Assembly (NCBI GenBank): GCA_051294375.1
Contig: CM119268.1
Span: 22,881,427-22,945,426, forward strand
Direction of reading: 5' to 3'
Length of the DNA stretch: 64,000 nucleotides
Source of the DNA: Paraspadella gotoi
Lineage: Eukaryota; Animalia; Chaetognatha
Shown here: in pieces, positions 1 through 14,200 of the stretch
Layout of the letters: every line of letters starts with the position of its first letter
How positions within the stretch are numbered: position 1 is the stretch's first letter
Position numbers and translations under genes: made by a program
Notes under the pieces: model-generated
Told to the model about the DNA's origin: nothing
Database searches by the model: none
Seen by the model: only the letters and a program-made list of their open reading frames with translations

Positions 1-695
1 TTGATCAATCAGTTTTTGTGAATGACACCGCTGCCACCACATTTAAGTAAAGAGACAGGGATTTCTAGGCGAAATCAATGTGGATTTTATTCTCATAAAA
101 ACAGACAATTTTGAGGCAGAGTAAAACAAGACAAACGTTGGCTATTTATACAATGGAATCGGATCCGAGGTAAGGGCATTCTCCGCAGGCAGATGGAAGC
201 CAGTGCCATCATTTGCCGGTGCCATTGGTAGTTTTACCAATGAGTCGTATTTTATTTCCGGAAGATTCTTCTCGAGCCGTTGATCCGATTCCGGTTTCTG
301 GAATCTTGATTCCTCTGCGATGGTAGGATAGAGAAGTATGAATGTCTCACGCATTCTTTTTAAAACTGTCGACTTATTGACAGCGGCAAAAGTGGCTGAG
401 ATGGCAGCATTCCTTACGGGCGCGGTCGCAAAAGCATATGCTGCCTTCTCTGAACACTTTGAAAAGGTCATGGTTGCCGAAAGTGAATTATTTTAATATA
501 TTTTGTTCTCTTAACATTATTTTACATGAATACCAATTTTCATATCATTGTTATATTTACAATATATTTAAAATTTAGTCCCAAAAGAGCTGGACCTCCC
601 TGTATTGCTATGCTCGACTACACATTTATCGATCTTTTCCCTGCGATATTTTTTGTTTCTGAAAAGGTATCCTAACCAGAAGTAAAGTCACGAGA

Positions 696-1976
696 ATGCA
701 GGAAAATAATATATTGACGACAGGAAAATCTATATGGCGACAAAATCATGAGGGTAAAAAAGGGGAGAAACTAGTAGTAGAAGAGAGAGAAAGGTGATCT
801 GAACCTCGTGAACGCGGCCCCGAATCCCTGTGAGGAGGAGGAGGCGAATGAAAATGGGGGTAATAGACTCGCGTCGCCCTATCGCCTTTTATACTGATTG
901 TCTTTCCAACATTTAATCTTCCTCTTCCCATTTTTTTCTCCCAAGGTTCCCGCACCTTCCTCCCCCACACCGAACTTTCCCCATTGACGCCCCGCGACGA
1001 ACTTGGCTCTCGATTCCAACGCCCCGCGCCGCCTGAGCCAACGCCAGAGGTCGAGCTGAAGCCGGGCTACTGGTGCAACGTCTGTTCTGCCTGCTACCCG
1101 AAGGAAAAGTTTCTTCGTTTCCACCTCCAATCTAAGAAACATCAAATGGTGAGTCGATGTTTCTTACTCATGGATCCGCCTCCGTCTCGCTAATACTCTT
1201 TTCAGTCTCTCCGTCTCTCGATTGGAAAGTAAAATTTGTTACGGAGAAAAGCGCTCTCGTCTAAAATTTAAATAATAAGTTTTCGGATATCAAATGAAAA
1301 ACGAATTAGATCATACCGTGAGATCTTAACCGAATGAACAAATACGAGAACTAATCCTTATTGCCGCAATATGCAAATGAGATTAAATAACTGGATCTCA
1401 TTTGAAATTAACCACAAGTTGCTATGCTACAACTATGGTTCAATTCGTTGATCATAATCGATCCCATTACAGGTCCTATCATCTTACGGCGCGGAAGCCT
1501 CCAAGTTCCTCTCCGTCGCCGGCCCCCTCGGCGCACCCTACGGCCGCGGCTCCGCCCAGGTGGGCTTTAAGGACGACTCCTTCTTCTGCTTCCTCTGCCA
1601 ATTGTCTCTCGCGGACGGAAATGAGATCGAGTCTCACCTCAACGGCGAATATCACGAGGCCAAGACGGTGGAGTCGGAGGAGGTGTTCGAGGAGGAGGTG
1701 GTGGGGGCGGGTGAGCCGGGGGACTGGGTCCTCATTAACGAGACGATGGAAGATAGGGAGGGGAAGGAGAAAGGGGGCGAGGGGGAGAAAGAGAAAAAGG
1801 TGGAGAAGGAAGAGAAGGAGGACGAGGAGGAGACTGAGATGAAGAAGGACGAAGAGAAGGAAGAGGAAAAGGAAGAAGAGAAGGAAGAGGAAAAAGAGAA
1901 AGATGATAACGAAAATGGAAACCCGGAAGACGAAGTCGCTCCTGAGAAAACAAACGGAGAGAAGGAAGTCCCTTGA
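696..1976 (+). CDS. Matrin/U1-type double zinc-finger protein with acidic Glu-rich tail (exons 696-753, 946-1148, 1473-1976)
   Basis: GT-AG introns with consistent phases. Two CxxC-x12-HxxxxxH fingers (CNVC..HLQSKKH; CFLC..HLNGEYH) and an E/K-rich C-terminus. Confidence 0.7.
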
Positions 1977-2036
1977 ACTTATAATTATATTCTTCATTTA
2001 TTTGACATATAATTTGGTTTAAATTTCGGTTTTCAT

Positions 2037-2361
2037 GCCCCGCCCTTTTGCTTCGTGATTGGCCGAAATAATTACGTATTTTGTTAGAAAATTACGTAGA
2101 CCTATACTTTGAAGTGAAGTGGTTTCACTCGAACAAAGTCGATATTATTATGTAGTTGTTCCGTCCCTAATAATTTTTTCGCGATTTGGCCTCTGAAAAA
2201 GGTTGCACTTTTTAACTGCGATCAATGCTAAATGGTTTTTAGCTTCAGGCTATTGTTCATTTATGGTCACAGTTTGTTGTTGCCATCGCCAATGTCCAAA
2301 ATCACTTTTGAATACTTGTCACGCGAGTGACGCCAGGAATTTGATTCTGCGCCGCCATCTT
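2037..2361 (+). promoter_or_regulatory. Probable promoter upstream of OGT (GC box, reverse CCAAT, YY1 site)
   Basis: GCCCCGCCC 2037-2045, GATTGG ~2057, GCCGCCATCTT (YY1 consensus) ~2351-2361. Further CCAAT boxes at ~3160 and ~3190. Confidence 0.4.
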
Positions 2362-3369
2362 GGATTAAACTTAAAGGAGTCACTTTTACTTTAAATAGTG
2401 TAAGCAATTTTACTGTATTTAGTATTATTCTAAGAATCAATCTCTTACAATTCTCTATCCTCTTTTCTCAGAATCATATTTTTCATCAAGCATCCTCTGA
2501 TTTTTTTTATTATCATGCCCCACGTATTAATACATTCGATGTCATTAGTTAAACAGAATCAAGTAGTTAATTTTAAATTTTCCGCTGCCATTTTAAATTA
2601 TCTTGACTCATCGTTTTAATTTGATTGATTTAATTCGATTTCCATTGTTCACCATTGCCCATTGTCCACCCAGAGTCCAAAACGATCAGAGCGAATCTAA
2701 GGAGAAATTCCCCTTTCCTCAATTTAAACTCAAAAAAGATTTTCTCTTCGTCGTCCATCAAAATTTCACTCTCGACTGATTTGAGTTATTCACTTGACTT
2801 TTCACTCTCCTCACTCACTGCTTCATGATGTGAATACAAAAAAATCCTATCATCGGGGTTAGGCGATTAAATTTTTTTTTTTAACAGTATACCGTGTATA
2901 CGTTCATTTAACTATAACTTTTCAAACTCTCTCAAAGTTTTAATTTGAGCCTTAAAACTCTATTTTTTTCTCTGTCGGTCGAGAGGGAGGAAGGTTTTTC
3001 TTCTTTTTGTCAAAAATTCCATCCATCGTTTCGTAGGAGAAAAACGTCTAAAATTGAAATTACGTATTTTCGAGCGTCGATAACGCAAAATCGATCTTTC
3101 CTTTCGTTTGGGGAAAAAAATAAACGACTCGAAACGGAAAAACGACATTCAAGGCCGCTGATTGGCTGAAACGGGAATCTCCTTCTCATCCAATCGTTTC
3201 TCTTTTCAGTCCGCGTCTCACGAAAAACGATGAAGCATTAGGTCGAACCGTCGGGGGGGGATTAGGGTAAAACTACTTACGTGTCTGAGGTTAAATCAAG
3301 TTTCAGCCTTCGTCTCTCTCTCTCTCGCTCTCGCTCTCGCTCTCGCTCTCCCTCTCCCTCGTCGCCGAG

Positions 3370-5912
3370 ATGACTTCATCGCCGTCGTCTGCCGTCGCCA
3401 TCCCCGTCTCGACACTCGCCATCGCCAACGGCGCCGCCCTCATGCTCCCTCTTCCGGCGGCGGCGCAAATCACCAACACGCAGACGCTGTCCGAACTCGC
3501 GCATAGGGAATACCAGGTGAAGATCGAACAATCATTTAATTAATCAATCAATCGTTACAATCAGCTCTCTCTCTCTCTCATCCCAGAACGGCGACTACGC
3601 CGCGGCGGAGCTGCACTGCTTCCAGCTGTGGCAGGCTGAACCCACCAACATCGGCGCCTTGCTTCTTCTCAGCTCCATTCACTTCCAGAACGGGAAATAC
3701 AGCAAATCTGCCCACTACTCCAAACTCGCCATCAAGTCTAATCCCTTGCTCGCCGAGGCCTACTCCAATTTGGGTGAGAGAATATAATAAAAATTAATTA
3801 AAATTAAAGTAGTTATAATTACCCCTCCTCCCATCGTTAGGCAATGTGTACAAAGAAACGGGAAAGTTGCCTCAAGCCCTCGAGAATTACAAATACGCGT
3901 TGCGACTCAAACCGGATTTTATCGACGGCTACATAAACATGGCCGCCGCTTTGGTCGCCTCGGGAGACATGGAAGGTACGATGCTTTACTCCTTTTTTTT
4001 TCTTTTTAATGAATGTACTCGGATGTAATATTATTTATTATTAATCAAATGTTATGTTTCTTTTAAAAGGCGCGGTAAGCTCCTACCTTTCGGCGCTCTC
4101 CCTCAATCCCAACCTTTATTCGGTCCGAAGCGATTTGGGAAACATCCTCAAAGCCATGGGACGGTTGGAGGAAGCCAAGGCCTGTTACCTCAAAGGTTAA
4201 TTCGCGCTCGTTGGCAAAATGACATTTTCTTCCTCTTTATATTTATTTAATATTTATCTGTTATTTATCTGTCTCTTTGATATTTTTTATTCATGAATTT
4301 ATTTATAAATTGATATTTTTTTTATATAATTTATCTTTTTTATTTATTTTCTTTAATTTTTAAAATTTTTATTTTATGATAATGTATTTTCCTTGTTTTT
4401 TTGTTTTTCAGCGATCGAGACGCGACCTACGTTCGCCGTGGCGTGGAACAACCTCGGCTGCGTCTTCAACGCCCAAGGGGAAGTGTGGCTCGCCATCCAC
4501 CACTTCGAGAAGGCCGTCAGCCACGACGCAAGCTTCCTCGACGCTTGGATCAATTTGGGTAAAACACGTCTCCAATACCAAGCCTTTACTTTTTAAAAAA
4601 AACTTTTTTATATTTACATTTCTATTTATTTCTATAGGAAACGTCCTGAAGGAAGCAAAGATTCTTGACCGAGCGGCTACGACCTACCTCCACGCCCTCC
4701 AGCTCGCGCCCAATCACGCCGTCGTCCACGGAAATCTGGCCTGCGTCTACGCGGAACAGGGTCTACTCGATCTGGCCATCGACACTTACCGAAGGGCGAT
4801 TCTGCTGCAGGTAGGGGATTTCCATGGCTTTTTTGGATTCGTATGGTAGAACTAAGTTTTCACGTCTCTTGTTACTTTTCCTCTTTTCCTCCCTATACTA
4901 TCTTTTTCCTCTCTTTTTTCTTCCCTTTTTTTCTTCCTTTTTATCTTTTTCCCCTCGCCGTTTTCTACAGCCCCATTTTCCCGACGCCTATTGCAACTTG
5001 GCCAACGCTCTGGGTCAAAAAGGCCTGATCGCGGCGGCGGAGGAGTGCTACAACACGGCCTTGGCGCTCTGCCCGTCCCATGCCGACTCCCTCAACAACT
5101 TGGCCAACATCAAGCGAGAGCAGGGTCTCGTCGACGAGTCAGTTGCTCTCTACAAGAAGGCGCTCAACGTCTACCCAGAGTTCGCCGCTGCCCACTCTAA
5201 TCTGGCCTCGGTGCTTCAACAGCAGGGGAAACTGCAAGACGCGCTGACGCATTATAAGGAAGCTATCAGGTGCTTTGTTTATTGAATCAAATTGTTTATT
5301 AATTTTGTTTTTTGATGAGACGAAGCTCGTTCCAAAGTTTTTGTCACTTACAGTAATTGGCAGGTTGTCTCTTTAACAGAATTCACACAACATTCGCTGA
5401 CGCCTATTCCAACATGGGCAACGCGCTCAAGGAGTTGGGCGACCTCAACAACGCCATCTCCTGCTACTTGCGCGCCATTCAGATCAATCCCGCCTTCGCC
5501 GATGCCTACTCAAACCTAGCCGCCATCTACAAAGACTCGGGCAACGTCAACGAAGCCATCACTTACTACACCAAGGTCAAAAAGCTCATCTGAATGACAG
5601 AAACGCAACAATTCAATTTGCAAGTCTTAAATCTTCTATTTTTTCGTTTCGACAGGCGCTCAAGCTGAAGCCAGAGTTTCCCGACGCCTATTGCAACTTG
5701 GCCCACTGCATGCAACTGGTGTGCGACTGGTCCAACTACGAGGAGCGAATGGAGATGCTGGTGCAGATCACCCACGACCAGCTGGCCAAGAACTGCATCA
5801 CCTCGATTCATCCCCACCACAGCATGTTGTATCCCTTGACCTATGAGCAGGTTAGAAAAACGGAAAGAAGATGACGTCATTTGAGGATTAAACTCTATGA
5901 ATTAACCTCGAT

Positions 5913-5944
<32 letters not shown>

Positions 5945-8900
5945 TTCCCCACTCAGCGCAAAAACATCGCGGCCAAACACGGACTTCTATGCTCGGTGAA
6001 GATGGCCTACTTCCACAAGGACTACACTTACCCGTCGTCATTGTCTTCCGACGGGCGACTGCGAATTGGCTACGTCTCATCCGACTTCTGCAACCATCCG
6101 ACGTCGCACCTCATGCAGAGCATCCCTGGTCTTCACGACAGAACCAGGGTCGAGGTCTTTTGCTACTCATTGTCCGCAGGTCTGGTTTACAATAATTCAA
6201 TCATTTATCCTTTTATTCATTGATTCATTCATTCATTTAATTATTTATTCATAAGACGACGGCACCAATTTCCGTGCCAAGATTGAGCGGGAGGCGGAGC
6301 ACTTCATCGACTTGTCCAAGATCCCTTGCAACCTCCAAGCGGCCGACAGAATTAACGCCGACGGAATCCATGTCCTCGTCAACATGAACGGCTACACCAA
6401 AGGCGCCAGGTCGGTCTTGAATAATAGTATTTAGACAATTGGTCATTATTGTTTAAAATGTTTCTTAATTTTAAAATTCAGGAACGAGATCTTCGCTCTT
6501 CATCCTGCTCCAGTTCAGGTTATGTGGCTGGGGTATCCGGGATCTAGCGGAGCCTCTTACATGGAGTACATCATCACTGGTTAGTTTTGTGAATCGGTGA
6601 TTTCATTAATTCATTTCGTCGCCCCGATACGAATATCGCCTTCCTCATCCCGATCCTCGATTTCTCCTTCAGACGAACAGACTTCCCCTCGCCGCTTCGA
6701 GTCCCACTACACGGAGAAACTGGCCCACATGCCCCACACGTTCTTCATCGGCGACCACAAGTTCATGTTCCCTCAGTTGAAGCAACGCGTCATTCTCTGG
6801 GAACGGAAGGAAGAGGAAGAGGGTGAGGGTAATTGAGGATGAGGAAGCATTCGTACAAATCTTCTTTTTCACACTAATCTCACCGATCAGGCAGTGAGAG
6901 TCTTGTGATAAAACGGGGTCCTTCTGTATCATTTTTTTGTCATAGGGATGGAGGCCTTAAACCACCATAGCCCGTCCAAAGCCAGGGCAAGATAGTTTAT
7001 TTATTGAATCGAGTACAATTTCGTATAAACGTATTGGTTTTACCCAATTTCATTTCATAATTTTTTTTTCAGAGAATTTGGCGATGGAATCGGCTCCGGA
7101 CAACGTGATGATTCTTCACGGTTTAGATATGAATCCTGTCTTCGATCTGGCAAAAACCGTTGGCGAGGTCAAGGCTTTGCCCGGTAAGGGAGTGGTCTTT
7201 TCATGCAGTTAAAACTTTCTTTGAAATATTATAACACTGCATGGATTGGGAAGCCAGGTACTCTGGGAGTGAATAAGTACGACTGCGAGAGAGTCTTGAT
7301 TGAAAGCTTGCAGGCACCTGCCATGTCATTATCTTGTAAGAGTGATGGAGGCCTTAAACCACCAAAGTCAGGGGCAAGAAAGCATATTTATTAAATGAAT
7401 GGATAATTTTAATAATAAATGTAACTGGCATTTAAAACTTTAAAAATACTTGTCTTTTAGGATAGTCTTCAAAGCATCTGAAGTTAATTCTCAATATTCT
7501 CAACCTCCTTCAGCCCCAGGCCGGTTCGTGGCCGACTCCGCCGATCCGGTCGTCACGTCCGTGGTCGAACTTCCGCCCAAATCGATGGCGAAAGTGAAGG
7601 CGATGGTCAACTCGATGGCGCCGAAGGTGGAACTCACAGGAAGCGACGCCGACGCGGAACCCGTCGTCATTCTCAACGGCGCCATCCAGACCAACTCAAA
7701 AATCGCGTCGGGTGAGGCAGTCATGTGATACTTTTATTTATAAGGCAACAATACTACAATAAAATGTTTATATATTATTTGGAAACCGAAATTATTATTA
7801 AACCCTATTAAAAGTATTCTTGAAATATTTAAAGAAGGCTTATAATAAATTTAATTAAGAGATGTAGGGGATATTTTAAACTGCTACAATATGCAAATGA
7901 GATTGAAGCACTTTGTCGTTATTGGTCAGGGGTCGCCTTGGATTCAATAGCGCCTTTCTTGGTTTATCCCGTGACAAAAAAAATAAAGTCAGACATATTT
8001 TCGTTATGCCATAAATAATTAAATAAAGTAAATGACTTAATATTTTCAACTTTGTTTCTTTAAGGCGAAGAGGTCCCTCACGATATCCTTCTGACCTCGC
8101 GAGCTCAATACGGCCTTCCCGACGTCGGCGTCGTATTTTGCAATTTCAACCAACTTTACAAGATCGACCCTCGGACCTTCGAGTGCTGGTGTCGAATTGT
8201 CAAGCGCGTGCCCAACTCTTACCTCTGGCTCTTGAGATTTCCCGCCGCCGGTAATGGATAATAACTAATTATAATTAATAATAATAATAAATTATTCACT
8301 CATTGACATCGTTAAAAGGCGAAGCGAACATCGTGGAGTTCGCTCAGTCCAAATGCGGCCTTTCTTCCTCTCGAATCATCTTCTCCAACGTCGCCAACAA
8401 AGAGGAACACGTGAGACGTGGGAGCATCGCCGATATCTGCCTGGACACGCCCCTTTGCAACGGACACACCACCGGTGCGGAACAGTTATTTTTTTCCCCA
8501 TATACTTATTTTCTTACACAACCTCTTTCTTTTAGGGCTCGACATGTTGTGGACCGGCACGCCCATGGTGACGCTTCCGGCGGACACGTTGGCGTCTCGC
8601 GTCGCGTCGTCTCAACTCAAAACTTTAGGTGAGTGAGAATTGATAAGTGGGTATTGGGTAAGGGAGCTGACGTAAGGGATATGCAAAGAGCGGAGGAAAG
8701 AAAGTAAATTCAATTTATAGTATAGTAAATGAGAAAGATTCCCTTTCTCCTATAGGCTGCCCGGAACTCATTGCCAAAGATTACAAGGAATATGAGAACA
8801 TTGCGGTGAAATTAGGACTGGACGCCAAATACAGGTCAGCCCCGAAATCTGATTCGACAATTAATTTATAGAAAAATAACCAATTGTGGACGAACATCTA

Positions 8901-9723
8901 GAACACGCAACCTCGGTCAAACCACATGACCTTACCAACCTTACCTCGCTCAATTCCCCCAACTTATTTATGGTCAAAACGGTTGATCTTTATGGTCAAA
9001 CGTTGACCTTTGTAAATACCATTGTAATAGACTTAGTATCTGAGCATTTTGACTGTTATTGTTTATAACCTTGTTGAAGAATAAATCATTCTTGATCTGA
9101 AACTTGTATCGTCCATACAATACTCATTTTCTTACCATCTCTCCTCCTTTCCTTCCAACAGAAAATCCATTCGCGCCAAAGTGTGGGCGTCGCGTCATCT
9201 ATCGAGTCTCTTTGACGTCGAGAACTACGCCTCCGATTTGGAGGATCTTCTCCGCCGGATCTGGGATCGACACGCCGCGGGTCTGACGCCCGGTCACATC
9301 CTCAACGCCGCCGACCCCGCCGAGGACGAAGACGTCGAGGACGCCGCCGTCGCCGCCGCCGCAGATGACGAAGACATCGACGACTCCTTGCAGTCACGGA
9401 CAGACAAGATCTCCCTCCACGCCGGCGGCGCCACCGCTGCCACCTCTTCCGCCGCGGGTCTCAGCTTCAAGTTCAGCGCCCCCTTGTCGGAAAATCCAGA
9501 GGGCGCCGCGGCTTTGCGCGCCAAGACGAAGACGGCGGCGCAGTTGGGAATCCCCGTGGTGAAACCGCGACAGATAGCGGCGTTCCCGGCGGAGGCGGCA
9601 TCAACAGGCGTCGTTAACGGGATGGCGTCGAGCCCCGTCGCTGGCGTCGCCGCCGCAGCATCACATCACATAGTCACCATTAATGGGAACGCCTACCTGG
9701 CCATTCCCGGGGTCAGAGACTAG
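3370..9723 (+). CDS. OGT: O-GlcNAc transferase (TPR repeats + GT41 catalytic domains), ~20 exons
   Basis: Spliced translation matches animal OGT throughout: [28 protein letters not shown], [18 protein letters not shown], [22 protein letters not shown]. All introns are GT-AG and in phase. Confidence 0.97.
7185..7425 (+). mobile_element. Dispersed intronic repeat family A copy (~250 bp, unclassified non-autonomous element)
   Basis: Near-identical to 60535-60789 and 57386-57641 (TAAGGGAGTGGTCTTTTCAT...AAGAGTGATGGAGGCCTTAAACCAC...GGGGCAAGA). Confidence 0.85.
7790..7910 (+). repeat. Dispersed intronic repeat family B (core CAATATGCAAATGAGATT)
   Basis: Extended similarity to 15760-15915 and to 52540-52690 (minus). 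Core also at ~1367, 12293, 13196, 14947, 19292, 20020, 27251, 28411, 40297 and 60840. Confidence 0.75.
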
Positions 9724-11237
9724 AGAGGAAGGGGGGGAGGTGCCCGTCCGTCGTAACCATTATTATTTCCGTTTTCGGTTTTTTATTTACTGGCTGTTTT
9801 ACATGGACCGCGGAATAGCTAAATTTTGTCAAGCTATGACCGCGGGACACAGACGTGTAGTATTTGAAGAAATAACACAACCAAAATCGAGAACCTCTAC
9901 ATTAGAGGAAAGATTTATATATCTACGTTTGGTCTTGCTTCCAACCAAAATCCTTCTCTCCCGCCCCTCTCTATTTAATCTCTTTCCATCCATCCCTTTT
10001 TAATCCTTCGACCACTTTTTTTCTTTGCTTTTTTTGTGTTTTCAATTAATTTATAGTTTATCTAGCTGTCTCCATCATCGGTTAATATAGTAGCCTGACT
10101 TAAACGCTTTCTTACGATTCAAAACTTTTTTTTTTCAAAAGGAAAAAAGATTCCTAAAGATTCTCGGGCGAAAAGTTCGTCCTCCTCCCTTTTTTTAATC
10201 ACCCTGTACCCCCTTCGCTTTTTACGTCTTAATTCAATCATTTAACGAGACAGTTGTTTTAAACGTCTCCTTAGTAGAATTTAGCTCGATACTCAACTCA
10301 TCGATATACTTGTTTTGTGTTGTACCGTTTTATTTTAAAGTTTAAACCTCCTCAACTATACAATCGTTTGTTTTTTTTTTAAGTATTCGTGTATAATCTT
10401 AAAAAGACAAAAAAACGGAATTTCTTTTCTTTTTTTTTATTCTCAGTCGGTTTTGTAAAGCACTCTCTTTTTGGTCAGGGCTTCCGCGGGCAGAATTTAG
10501 CCAAATTAACTTTCTACTTAGATCTCCAGTTTTTGGAGGTCATCGTTCCTTAAATAGAAAAAAATTAGTGCAGATTAGACTTTCATATTTTAAAAAAAAA
10601 TGTATTTTTGAGTGAGAAAGAGAAAGATAGAGAGCGAGACAGTGTCTAACTCTAAGGCCGGAAATCGGCCGCCTTCCGTCGTTTTAAAGAGTTGAAATGA
10701 ACTTTGGATGAGCTCAACTCTTTTTTGCTTTTTTAATCAACCAAGAGGAACTGAGTTGAGCTTGACAAAATCTCTTGGAAGAATTTGGATGATCTCAATT
10801 ATTTTTGAATCCACCGATTTATGTTTTCGATACAAAGGATTAGCTTCGTTCATTAAAACGCTAACGAATGACTATTTAAAATTATATTTATTTACTTGGC
10901 CAACTCAGTTTCCTCATTCTTTGGTCGTCGAAGGCATTCTCGCTGTAAACTTGACAATGAAACTTAAAAAAAAAAAAATATAATATTATCGGTTGAAAGA
11001 ATACATCCATCCAGGATTAAATAAAATTTGAATTAGTTACGAATTCGATGTTTGAAAAAACATAATTTTTTTAAAAATCGGTTCCGCCCTTTTTTTTCTT
11101 CGCGAAGTTTTTTTTTTATGAAAAATGCGCTTAACATTTTCCTATCGGGAGAGCGGGGTTTTCCCCATGCCGGACGATCATCCTTGAGGGACAGAGTCAT
11201 TCCAACAGAGAGAGAGAGAGGAAGACAGAGACACAAA

Positions 11238-14200
11238 ATGAGCATTCGTTGGGCCGAGGATGAAGCCGGACCTTCGAGTCCTGAACCAAATCGGAGAAGA
11301 TTTTACTTTATTCTCAAGAAAAGTTTTAAATCGGTCGCCGACGGATCCTCAAATCCCGTCACGCAGGTATTAGTTATTGATTGTTGATATTTAATAAGAG
11401 TTATCATTAGTTGATATTTGGAAAGAGTTAATATTACTCACTTACTTAAAAATATTAGCTAGAAAATAAATGTCGGAAACAAATCTTTGTGGTATCGCGA
11501 ATCAACTGTGGAAATGTGGATAAACTTCTGTGAATTAACTCTCTCCCTTCCCTCACTTCCCCTCTCCCTTCCCTCCCTCCCCATTCTCTCCCTCCCTCCC
11601 CCACTCCCTTCCCCTCCCCCCCTCTAGGTCTTCCGCCTTCTTCCTCTCCTCCGCTCCACCTCCCGATCTCTTTCTCTCGCCGATGATCTCTTCCTTGATC
11701 TTCGTCACTTCCTCCTTTATTCTCTCGTCGTCGGCGAGCGCGACGAAGCCGTCGACCGGACGATGCGATTCGCCGCGCGGCTCTGCTGCGCCGACGGAGG
11801 AAGCGGCGACCGTCCGCTGCGCGGCGCCGCAGCGTCTACGAGGACCGGCTGCGGCAGCGGCGATGGAGAGAATGAGCGGTTCGAAAATCCGCTGCTGCGG
11901 CGAATGCTGCGGTTTATTTGCGAGAATCACGATGTGGACGATCACGTAGTTCGCTCGAGGTTGTGTCAGGTCGGATTATGGGGCCTTGTAAAAGGTTGGG
12001 TCTTGGGGTTTATGACAAATTGGTTTTGGGGCCCCCCCCCGAGTACCTATCGTTCCTGAATTGAGTCAATATATCGTCATTTTGAAATGTATCTCCTTTT
12101 TTCCTTTTCAAGATGGCGGGTCTTTTGCTCGAGTCCCTTCCCGACGGACACACCCTGGAGGAAGAGGACGACCTCTTGGACGACCTGACCTCGAAACTCC
12201 TTCGTCGCCTCAATGACCGCATTCCGGGGGTCAGGGTTCAAGCCGCTGCGGCTTTGGAAAGACTTCAGGTGGTGGATATTCTAAAATCATTTCAAATGAG
12301 ATAATTCGTTAATCTTATTTGCATATTTGGATAAGGTATTCAATATTCATACCTTTTTATTCTCTGCCCTTAAAATATTAATATTGTTATTTTATTGTTT
12401 TTTGGGGTTTAGCAGTAAAATATTATAAATAAATCAATTATAAAAACCTTTTATTTATAGTACATGCATTAAAATATTTTTTTTATATATCGGGGAGGAG
12501 AATTTCTTCCTCGTCCTTATTTTCACACCTACTCCCCCCCCCCAACCCAGGATCCCTCTGACCCCGAGTGTCCCGTCGCCTCCGCCTTTTCCTTCCATCT
12601 ATCCTGCGATCCTTCGCCCGAACTCCGTCGCGCACTCCTCCCTCTCGTCGCCGTCACGCCCGGCGTCGTCGGCGCCATCGCGCGCCGAGTCAACGACGCT
12701 CACGAGTCCGTGCGGCGCCGCGCCTTCGAGGTTCTCGTCGACGCCGTTCCTTTTAAAGGTTAGGGAGGTTGGTTGGGGGAAGAGGGTTCCATGAGGATGA
12801 CTCAATGGAAATGACTTTTTGTTTGTTTTTTTTGCAACAAGAAAAACAAGAAAGAGTGCACGAAAAAAAGAAATGATGAAAGGTGGCAAAAAAAAGTGTG
12901 GTGAGGCGAGAGCGAATGTCCATGATACAGCGATGCGCGCAGCCTTGATTTGTGCAAACGTAATCGCGTTTAATTTTGTAACATTTGTATCAAAAAAGAC
13001 CAAGACAATCTCTTGAAGACATTCTTAAAAGTTTGTCTCAATTTACTCTTGAGGGACTTGCCATATTTTATTGGAGGGCAATATTGCTGACCGCAAGTAA
13101 CCGATTTTAATTAAATAATTTATAAGTAACTTATTTGAGATTAAAACTGCATGACTTTAGTACACTTAATATTTCTGGTACGACTAATTTACTGCAATAT
13201 GCAAATGCTTTTATAAACTAATTCTGATTCAGCTTTGACGACGAATCAGCGAATCTTCGTACTCAAGTCGGGAATCGAAGATGTCGACTCGGTCAAGTCG
13301 GTGGTGGAGCGAAGGCTGCTTCCCAAGTGGCTCGTCGACTGCGACGGAGACTGGATCAAGTTTTTAAAGTCGCTGCCTTTGGAAGAGGTGAGTTCGTGAG
13401 GAACCTATGTTTCCAGTTGGACATTTTAATCTTAATGCGAATCCTGGTTTTTGGGTCAGGAGTCGAGTCTTATCGAAGAAGCTTTTGTTTCGTTGCTTCG
13501 GACGCGAGAATCAGAAGAAGAAATCAAAAGTTTAGTTTCGAAATTCCATCGTCGATTTCTCAACGGAAACAGTTGTATCCCTTTCGAGGTGAGGCATCTC
13601 ATATTGTTTTAAATATTGTTTTAAATAAATAAAAATGGATCCATTTACATCGCAGCTGTTGTCCCCCGAATCGGCATTTTATTGGCGCCACTTGTCGAGC
13701 CTCTTGTCGAGCCACGCCCACGAACTTTCTCATGAATTCCGTCGCCCTTTTCGCTTTAAATCGTCTACCGACTTTAACGAATTTCGCATCTCTCCAACTC
13801 AATCTCAATTTCGAATTCCTCAAGGAATTTCTCACGATTCTGGCGGCGAAGATTTTCCCGCCAAACCTTTTTCCTCTCACTTTGTCGGCGCGTTGTCTCC
13901 GTCGTCGTCCACGACGTCGTCTTCCTCGTTTTCCACTCCGTCTCACTCTCACTCATTTTCGAGGGACGTGGAGAAAAAGACCTGCGTTCGTTGTTGTCTC
14001 GGTCCTTCGTCGTTCGCTTCACATTCCACGGATCCTTTTGTCTCTCGTCCTTTAATTGCCGAAGACGTGGATCGCACGGCCTCGATCGAAAAAACCGAAG
14101 CGTCGAGTCACAAGACGGAATCTTCTGCGGAATCTTCCGCCGCCGCCGCCGCCGCCGCCGCAGGACCCGCAGCCGGCGACCGCGAATCGATCGTCGATCT

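Noticed and set aside
142-471. 109-aa minus-strand ORF
   Set aside because: No recognisable domain, and codon composition unlike the genes here. It cannot be supported as a gene (possibly a TE fragment or a gene cut by the window edge).
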